From the NCBI GenBank assembly GCA_963676915.2, contig CAXXVK010000041.1, positions 1-12,973 of the forward strand: DNA of 12,973 nt, written 5' to 3'. This document shows positions 1-6,837 of the stretch, one piece after another. The notes beneath the pieces are model-generated. The model was not told the origin of the DNA. It saw only the letters and a list, made by a program, of their open reading frames with translations, and ran no database searches. The translations under genes and the position numbers were made by a program. How positions within the stretch are numbered: the first letter of the stretch is position 1; every line of letters starts with the position of its first letter. The DNA is from Myxococcota bacterium. GTDB taxonomy: Bacteria; Myxococcota_A; SURF-8; G963663525.

Positions 1-1010
1 CGACCGTACTGGACATGCCTGCCACCCCATGGGGCAGGGCAAGCAGCAGATCGATCATCCGCTGCGTATCGACGGTCGTCAATGCGCCATCGACCGGAGA
101 TGATTCGCTTTGCGTCTTCACGAACAGATGCGGTCGAGGGCTGCGAACTCCCGCTTCAGGGTCTGCTCCATTTCGTCCACCAACTGTAAGAGTTCAGCCC
201 TTCTGCGAGGCTTCACAGGCCACCATCGCCGTCGCGTCCCGGGCGATGGCGTTGTGACGGGTTCCGCCCGCAAAGCTCGACAGTCGTAAGGCCATCCGCC
301 CACCGAGCCGCGCCAGGATGCGGCCAAGCAAGCGGTTGGCATTGGCCCGCTGTTTGTGAATATCGATGCCCGAGTGCCGCCGGTTCAGTCCGCCGACCGA
401 GATACGAAACGACTCACAATCCTTGCCCGGAGGCGCCGGGTCGAAACGGAACGCTATCCTGGTGTCCACGCCGCCGGCACAACCGATGGTAAAGATGCCC
501 TCGTCTTCCGAGTCCAGGTTGATCAGCCGTTTGCCCTCGACCAGATCGGCGGCCATCGCCTTGACGCCGTTTAGGCCGGTCTCTTCGTCGACCGTAAAAA
601 GCAGTTCCATGGGCGGGTGCGCCAGAGAGGCATCTTCGGCCAGGGCCAGCGCATAGGCTATGGCGATGCCGTTGTCCGCGCCCAACGTCGTGCGGTCGGC
701 CGTCAGCCAGTCGCCCCTCCATGTGAGAAACGATGGGGGTCCGCAGTGAAATCGTGGGTAGAATCCGGCGTCTTCTCACACACCATGTCCATGTGGGCCT
801 GGATGACGACGATGGGAGAGGCCTCGCAGCCGGGACTTGCCGGTATCCGCACCACCAGGTTGCCCGCGTCGTCTGAGCGTGTGTCGAAGCCCTTCCCCCT
901 CGCCCAATCCTCGAGCCAGCGATGAATGCGGCCCTCGTTTTTCGAGCATCGCGGTATATGGCGTTGATCTGTTCAAAATGGTTCAATATCGCGGTCGTAC
1001 TCGTTTGCAT
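1..1010 (-). CDS. pepD: Aminoacyl-histidine dipeptidase (peptidase D, M20C), 5' part; runs off the left edge; frameshifted
   Basis: Joining frames gives MQTSTTAILNHFEQINAIPRCSKNE...DDAGNLVVRIPASPG...VVIQAHMDMVCEK...TTLGADNGIAIA...LLFTVDEETGL...LINLDSEDEG...GCAGG...HSGIDIH...RANAN...HNAI, which are PepD motifs. ATG at 1010 with an AAGGA RBS. Indels near 955, 740, 715, 380 and 200. Confidence 0.92.
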
Positions 1011-1074
1011 CCGAGATTTCCTTTCTTTTAACGCGCGCATCCTTACTTTATTTTCATCTGGATCCCGCCCACGG

Positions 1075-1103
1075 AGAATAGGAAGAGCGCCGCGACTTGT
1101 CAA
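1075..1103 (-). promoter_or_regulatory. Sigma70-type promoter for pepD
   Basis: Minus strand TTGACA (1103-1098), 17-nt spacer, TATTCT (1080-1075), about 65 nt upstream of the pepD ATG. Confidence 0.7.
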
Positions 1104-1266
1104 TGGTCAAATAACTCTTCAATTCCATGCAGTTAACTATTATCCAACGATTTGCTTATTGACTTTTTACTATAATTATGGTCGAAAACGAACCACTCGG
1201 CGTAAAAGTGCCTCGATTTTGCATCTGCCGGGAGGGTCGACGCTTTACACGGGAGGATTCTATTTC

Positions 1267-1675
1267 ATGTTCTTCGATATTGCTCGCATTACCGCCAACA
1301 ACGGCTGGGCCATGGCCGTTACGGGGCCTTGTTGGTCATGCTCGGACTGGCAACCTTGTCGCTCATCATATCACAACTCCATAAAAATCATCGGTTTTCT
1401 CGAGAAGGAGACAGTTAACCCAGGATAAAACGGATAGCGATAAAAGCCCCCTGCCCGTGGCCGCCGATGTCGATTACCTGGCCGACCCGGAAGCTGCGGC
1501 CAATCTCTACAAGGCGCTGTCGGCCGACTTGGGCGACCCCTTCGATCTTGCCCAGCTCTATCGACTGGCACAGAAAGACAAACTGCCACACCCACACTTG
1601 ACGCTGCGCACATTGAGGGAATCCGGCGTCCTGGTCGCCTCGGGCGACGGCAAATTCTCCTGGAAAGCTGCATAG
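1267..1675 (+). CDS. oadG: OadG-family (gamma/delta-type) subunit of a Na+-translocating decarboxylase, with an extended C-terminal domain; frameshifted
   Basis: GGAGGA RBS (1252-1257) and ATG at 1267. Joined frames: MFFDIARITANNGWAMAVTGALLVMLGLATLSLIISQLHKIIGFLEK (single TM helix)...SPLPVAADVDYLADPE...LPHPHLTLRTLRESGVLVASGDGKFSWKAA*. Lies directly upstream of oadB. About three indels (near 1325, 1385, 1420). Confidence 0.75.
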
Positions 1676-1721
1676 CCCTAAAGAAACTCTCATCCCCACT
1701 TAACCGAGGGTAACGCAACAT

Positions 1722-2856
1722 ATGGAACTGGCGTACGAATTTTTTAAAGAACACCGGATTTGCAATGGCCGACTGGCGCTACAATCATGATGATCGCCAT
1801 CGGCATTCTCTTCTGCTACCTATCGATAGCCAAAAAGTACGAACCCCTGCTGCCTGCTACCCATCGGCTTTGGCATAATAGTTGGTAACGTACCGTTTTT
1901 TAAGGGTTTCGGTCTTGGTATCTATGAAAACAACAGCGTCTTGCACTACCTCTATTTCGGTGTGACCACCGGTCTTTACCCATCGATCGTCTTCCTGGGG
2001 CTGGGCGCCATGACCGATTTCTCTTCCATGCTGGCACGGCCCAAACTCATGTTGCTCGGCGCCTCCGCCCAGATGGGCATCTATTTCACCCTCTTGAGCG
2101 CTCTGGCGCTGGGGTTTGCCCCCAAAGAGGCGGCTTCGGTAGCGATTATCGGCGGTGCCGACGGACCGACATCCATCTTCCTCACGGCCAAATTGGCCCC
2201 CGCATCTGATCGGGCCCGTGGCCATTGCGGCATACTCTTATATGGCACTCATCCCGATTATCCAGCCGCCGATCATGCGCCTGTTGACCACCAAGGAGGA
2301 GCGATTGATCCGGATGCCCGACACGGAACGGCATGTCTCCAGAAAGGAACTGGTTTTCTTCCCTGTTCTGGGCGTACTGCTCTGCTGTTTTCTGGCACCG
2401 GCATCGATCCCCCTTCTGGGCCCGTTCTTTTTCGGCAACTTGATGAAAGTTTCCGGCGTCGTCGACCGACTGGCCAAAACCGCCAGCTCCGCTGTCATTG
2501 ATACGGCAACCATTTTTCTGGGCTTCACCGTCGGCGCCAGCACACAGGCGGATGTTTTCATTACCCCGAAGGCGCTGGGCATCTTCTTTCTCGGTTCCAT
2601 CGCCTTTTCCATCGCCACCGCATCCGGTGTGATCTTCGCCAAAATCATGAACCTCTTTCTCAAGGAAAAGATCAATCCGCTGCTCGGTGCATCGGGCGTT
2701 TCAGCCGTTCCCGGGTCGGCACGGGAGGTTCACCTGACGGCCCAGAAGGAGGACCCCGGCAACTATCTGCTGATGCACGCCATGGCATGCAACGCTTCGG
2801 GTGTCATCGGATCCGCTATCTGCGCCGGAATTTTGTGGAGCTTCATGATGCGGTAA
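1722..2856 (+). CDS. oadB: Sodium ion-translocating decarboxylase beta subunit (OadB/GcdB/MmdB family); frameshifted
   Basis: Motifs KKYEPLLLLPIGFG, FLGLGAMTDF, LLGASAQMGI, IIGGADGPTSIF, AIAAYSYMALIPIIQPP, INPLLGASGVSAVP and SGVIGSA. ATG at 1722, TAA at 2854-2856. Indels near 1745, 1785, 1855 and 2200. Confidence 0.93.
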
Positions 2857-2879
2857 CCTCCATCCAACCGAACGACACG

Positions 2880-2921
2880 AAAACGGCCCGATTCAAGATG
2901 GCATGAAGCGGGCCGTTTTTT
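2880..2921 (+). terminator. Rho-independent terminator after oadB, probably bidirectional
   Basis: AAAACGGCCCG-a-TTCA, loop AGATGGCA, TGAA-g-CGGGCCGTTTT, running into a T6 tract, with an A-tract on the 5' side. Confidence 0.85.
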
Positions 2922-2936
2922 ACGCTACTATTTCTC

Positions 2937-2966
2937 TTGACCCCTTCCCGCCGCTGTGAGTACATT
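2937..2966 (+). promoter_or_regulatory. Candidate sigma70 promoter upstream of the ABM gene leader
   Basis: TTGACC (2937-2942), 18-nt spacer, TACATT (2961-2966), just after the oadB terminator. Confidence 0.4.
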
Positions 2967-3198
2967 TCCAGGCAACGGCAGAGCACGCCACCTGAAGCGG
3001 ATTCCCCCGCGTATCACCGAGCAATCAACGCTGAAAACGGCTTCACTTTCCCCACGCGCCGAACATTCACCTCGCCACGGATATTGACATCGTCGCCGCG
3101 CTTGCCGTCAATACAGAAGCAGCTCTGCCGCGGCCCCAATGCACCACCTTTTTTCGCCTCTCCAATCATTAGCCCTCAGCCGAAGAGGAGAGTAAATC

Positions 3199-3513
3199 AT
3201 GATTGCCAAGATCCTGATCAAGCGACGATTCAAGGAGGGAAAAACCAAACAGATCGTTTCCCTGCTCAATGAGATCCGCGGTCGTGCCATGGACCAGCCC
3301 GGCTATATCTCCGGAGAGACGCTTTCCAAGAAGGGGTTTCCATTCAACATGGTCGTCGTTGGCACATGGAAAAGTCTCGACGACTGGTACCGTTGGCGCG
3401 ACAGCGAAGAGCGCAAACGGCTCGAGCTGATGCTCGAGCTGTATCAAGAGCGCCCGACGGATTACGAGGAGTTCCTGCTCGGCACCCCGCTTGCCATCGA
3501 AGAGCAGGTGTGA
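3199..3513 (+). CDS. Antibiotic biosynthesis monooxygenase (ABM) domain protein
   Basis: Intact 104-aa ORF with GAGGAG RBS. ABM pattern MIAKILIKR...AMDQPGYISGETL...VVGTWKSLDDWYRWRDSEER. Confidence 0.85.
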   Translation: MIAKILIKRRFKEGKTKQIVSLLNEIRGRAMDQPGYISGETLSKKGFPFNMVVVGTWKSLDDWYRWRDSEERKRLELMLELYQERPTDYEEFLLGTPLAIEEQV

Positions 3514-3829
3514 CTGCCCTTGAAGGGTTTTCAAGTAGCCGACACCCTGCCCTGTTTGCCGGCACACGCGTATAATTATAGACACGCGCCGATGATTCCA
3601 GGATGCCTGCGGCCATCCCCGGCGGCCCCGCGGTTGTGTGCTTGACGCGATCAACGATACCATTTAACGCGCGCCGTCTGCCTGGCGATTCACGGAATCC
3701 ACCCTTCTCCATCGTGCTGTTTTAGAGCCCGGCGTAACTGATTTGCTGGCATATCGGAACGAATTGTTGTATCCATTTTCCTATGCACCTATCTTTATTA
3801 ACCATCAAACAAGCGTTGAGGAATCCGAC

Positions 3830-4663
3830 ATGAAGAAATGGAGATGTACTGTCTGTGGGTACGTTCACACTGGGGATGAACCGCCGGAAAAGTGCCCGGT
3901 TTGCGGCGCCGATCGCTCGCTCTTTGTGCTCGTGGATGAGAAGGATGGTGAAGAGATCGACGCAGCCGCTGCCGAGGAAGTCGAAATACCCGAAGGCAAC
4001 GCCGATTCGAAATGGCAATGCTCTGTATGCGGCTACGTTCATACCTGCACCACCCCCCCGGAAAAATGTCCGGTCTGTGGTGCCGATCGAAGCAAATTCG
4101 TGCTCCTCGACGACCAGGCCGACGGCGAAGCATCTGAAGCGCAGCCCCAGGAGGCCGCAACCTCATCCGGCCAGAAGAACACCATCGAGGACGAATCGGG
4201 CATCTCCCGGCTGTTTCCCGAAAAGGTCCTGGAAATGAGCCAAAAGATCACCCGCTTTCACGGGCACCCCGTCGCTGTTCACATACCCAACGGTGTGCTG
4301 CCGATCTCGGTTCTCTTCACCTTCCTGGCCCTGCTCTTCGAATCGAACAGCCTCGCCGTTGCCGCCAAGTGCAACTTCATCATTATTGCCCTGGCCATGC
4401 CGGTGGTAATTGCCACCGGTATTTTCGACTGGATCAACAAGTTCAAGGGAAGAATGACACAGGTATTCCAGGTTAAAATGATTTGCGCCGGGATCGTCAC
4501 CTTCTTAACGATCATTCTGGCTATCTGGTGGGTTGCCGCCCCGGATCTCTACAAAGACGGACTGTTCGGAAACTGGTTCTTTTTTCTGCTCCACCTGGTC
4601 GATCTCGCTGCGGCCGGAACGGCCGGTTGGTATGGCGGCAAGCTTGTTTTTCACAACGGGTAG
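3830..4663 (+). CDS. Membrane protein with two rubredoxin-like Fe(Cys)4 domains and a C-terminal DUF2231-like 4-TM domain
   Basis: ATG at 3830 after GAGG; 277 aa, intact. Two W-x-C-x-VCGYVH...PEKCPVCGA domains and acidic linkers, then [12 protein letters not shown], about four hydrophobic segments, TGIFDW and GWYGGKLVF, which fit DUF2231. Confidence 0.85.
   Translation: MKKWRCTVCGYVHTGDEPPEKCPVCGADRSLFVLVDEKDGEEIDAAAAEEVEIPEGNADSKWQCSVCGYVHTCTTPPEKCPVCGADRSKFVLLDDQADGEASEAQPQEAATSSGQKNTIEDESGISRLFPEKVLEMSQKITRFHGHPVAVHIPNGVLPISVLFTFLALLFESNSLAVAAKCNFIIIALAMPVVIATGIFDWINKFKGRMTQVFQVKMICAGIVTFLTIILAIWWVAAPDLYKDGLFGNWFFFLLHLVDLAAAGTAGWYGGKLVFHNG
3836..4111 (+). repeat. Internal duplication of the rubredoxin-like domain (3836-3937 and 4010-4111)
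   Basis: [34 protein letters not shown] vs [34 protein letters not shown]: 27/34 aa identical, with many synonymous DNA differences. Confidence 0.9.
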
Positions 4664-4706
4664 GCAAATCACCCCTCCAAAAATCCATGGATTGATTCCA
4701 AGAAAC

Positions 4707-4751
4707 AGTTGCCCCGCAAAGCCTCTAACCACAAGGCTTTGCGGGGCAACT
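4707..4751. terminator. Perfect 18-bp inverted repeat between convergent genes (probable terminator)
   Basis: AGTTGCCCCGCAAAGCCT (4707-4724), 9-nt loop, AGGCTTTGCGGGGCAACT (4734-4751). Followed by GTTTCTT on the minus strand; no U-tract on the plus strand. Confidence 0.7.
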
Positions 4752-4833
4752 CAATCAGAGCCCGAATTTCGGGCGATCCCTGAAAAGCGAATACCCTTAC
4801 CCCTGTTTTTTGCCGCACCCCAGAAGAGCGTTA

Positions 4834-5670
4834 TCATCCCCCCTGAACGTTGCGAACCACAATGGCAGACCAATTCCGATTTTTTTTCAGCCCATACCAG
4901 ACGAAAACCCTCCGGTAGATGGGCCAAAACGCCACCCTCCTCCTCCGGTCTGAACCCGCTGAGAACCCAATGACCATTTACATGGGTCTGGCCGGCCATC
5001 GCAGGGATCAGCCCGACCAAGGTCGGCGGTCGCAAGTTGGCCAGGATGGTATCATACGCCCCCGGTCCCAAGGTCTCCATTCCACCCGCCACAATATAGA
5101 CCTTCGAAGCCATTTTGTTCCTGCGGACATTCTCCATCGCTTCATGGCAGGCGAGTCGATCGACGTCCAGCCCCACCGACATCCCCAGTCCCAGCAGCAC
5201 GGCCGCCATGGCCAGCACACCGGTGCCGGTTCCAACGTCCAGGACACGGATCCCACCGGACGGTGGGGTTGTCGATCTTTTCGCGATCCAGTCGATGGCC
5301 CTCAAAGCGAGCACTGTCGTCGGGTGATCTCCCCTTCCGAATGCGGAGCCGCTCTGAACCGTCAGCGTATGAACCGAAAGAGGATCCTTCGCACCAGCTG
5401 CCGTCGAGGTCAGGATGAGTCGATCCGATATCTTTATGGCGCCGCCACTGAAAAGCTCGATATGGGTGGAGTTGTAGTGGTGGGAATAATGCAGCAAGCC
5501 CTGGGACACATCTCGCGAATCGTTTTGTTGAGGCGTTTCCTCCCCAGGGAGGGGAACTGGGCAGTCAGGGCGGCGACCAGGTCGATGGGCGTCATGCGTA
5601 GATGATATTCACCCAGCAACTGGAGTATGTGCTGCCGAACACGGTCGGTGGGGGTCTCGGCCACTTTCAT
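4834..5670 (-). CDS. PrmA-like class I SAM-dependent methyltransferase (L11 methyltransferase family) with an atypical N-terminal domain; frameshifted
   Basis: SGSAFGRGDHPTT (cf. PrmA GxAFGTGxHxTT), VLDVGTGTGVLAMAA, GLDVD, YDTILANL and WVLSGF. The N-terminus MKVAETPTDR... (ATG at 5670) joins via one missing G near 5510. A shift in the A8 run near 4885 gives ...NWSAIVVRNVQGG followed by TGA TAA at 4836-4831. Confidence 0.8.
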
Positions 5671-5742
5671 TTCGTCTCTTCTCAACATACCCGCAAAAGG
5701 GATAAAAACATCGGAGCACATTCTTGACAAACACGGCCTTAT

Positions 5743-6111
5743 CTATCTCCCCCCCCCCTGGGGTCGATCCCCCTCATCCATTTCATTCAACTGTTCTATA
5801 TACCAGCGTGCAAACTCAAACATCCCGATAAAGCGATCATCGTCATTGATGATTCCCAGGGCAATCTCGAGAACCCCACGGCTGTAGGCATTGCTGATAT
5901 CGTCATGGCCACACTGCTGGAGAAACTCCCTCACCAGCTCCTGGGTGGTGCGCCGGGTTGAATCGCGACGGATATCGATGGGATCTTTGGGTTCCTGGAA
6001 CGGATCCCAGCGATCATAGCCGATTTTTTCTATCCTTTTGCGGGCACGCGGCGACATCTTTTCAAAGATGGCAAGCTTTCTTGCGGCGACGTCATCAGGC
6101 ACGTTCGTCAT
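5743..6111 (-). CDS. Conserved hypothetical protein (about 122 aa, GYDRWDPFQEPKDP motif)
   Basis: Open frame whose ATG (6111) overlaps the TGA of the upstream YkgJ gene (TGATG), with a purine-rich RBS and plausible protein composition. An in-frame GTG at 6114 is an alternative start. Confidence 0.8.
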   Translation of the reverse strand: MTNVPDDVAARKLAIFEKMSPRARKRIEKIGYDRWDPFQEPKDPIDIRRDSTRRTTQELVREFLQQCGHDDISNAYSRGVLEIALGIINDDDRFIGMFEFARWYIEQLNEMDEGDRPQGGGR

Positions 6112-6794
6112 CACGCCCCCTCTTCCTGGTCATCCGCTGTATCTTCCGTTTTCGTGCGGACACCCAGGTATTCCGGCGTGTACTCGGTCAGTATGGCTCC
6201 TGAAAGGGGAACCAGCATTTCGGCCAGCTTGGCATAGCGGGAGCCGAGCGATCGGGCCAACTCGGCGGATATCCCATAGAGGCGTTGATAGACGGCATCC
6301 AATTTCAATGTCGGGTATGTCTGACCCTTTTCAAAACCACTGATACCGCATGTATGGGCGCGGCCACCGATTTCTGTGGGGATACCGTACACACGACAGG
6401 TAATGGGTCTGTATTCGTAGATGGCACACCGATCGTCCTCGTTCAGGGCTGGACAGCGAACCCTCTCCAGCGCCATCTCTTCGAGTATTTCAGGCTCCGC
6501 CCTTCCCTTCTCGAGCTCTTTAACGGCATTGCGTTTGAGCCGATGAATCGCGCGATCCGCCCGATTGGCCCGTTCCAAAAGCGCCTCAAGTAGCGCACCT
6601 TCGAAATTTTTATTCACCTGGGCATTGATGTAGAGGGCCTCAATTAAGGTAACGTCAAAAAGAGCATGGCAGCAATCGGCACAGCGCTCCTTGCACCGCA
6701 CACAATCGGGATACTCATTTTTAACGCGTTCGAAAACCGCATCGATCTGTTTAACCAGAGCCAGATATTGTTCAAAGTAGGGGTCAAAATTCAT
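6111..6794 (-). CDS. YkgJ-family cysteine cluster protein (CxxxCxxCC, putative Zn or Fe-S binding)
   Basis: AGGAGA RBS (6806-6801) and ATG at 6794 (MNFDPYF...), 227 aa. Motifs CKERCADCC, CPALNEDDRCAIYEYRPITCRVYG and HTC. Confidence 0.88.
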   Translation of the reverse strand: MNFDPYFEQYLALVKQIDAVFERVKNEYPDCVRCKERCADCCHALFDVTLIEALYINAQVNKNFEGALLEALLERANRADRAIHRLKRNAVKELEKGRAEPEILEEMALERVRCPALNEDDRCAIYEYRPITCRVYGIPTEIGGRAHTCGISGFEKGQTYPTLKLDAVYQRLYGISAELARSLGSRYAKLAEMLVPLSGAILTEYTPEYLGVRTKTEDTADDQEEGA

Positions 6795-6809
6795 GTGATA
6801 TCTCCTGAC

Positions 6810-6825
6810 TGTTTCACGTGAAACA
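6810..6825. promoter_or_regulatory. parS: parS centromere-like site (ParB binding)
   Basis: Perfect 16-bp palindrome TGTTTCACGTGAAACA, the canonical chromosomal parS consensus, in the intergenic gap. Confidence 0.93.
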
Positions 6826-6837
6826 ATTTTAATCGAT

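Noticed and set aside
3730-3750. Sigma54-like CGGCG...TTTGCT upstream of the rubredoxin gene
   Set aside because: The GG-to-GC spacing is 12 nt rather than the required 10.
5749-5758. C10 run (G10 on the coding strand) as a phase-variation tract
   Set aside because: It lies two codons before the stop of the hypothetical gene, so slippage would barely change the protein, and homopolymer lengths are unreliable here.
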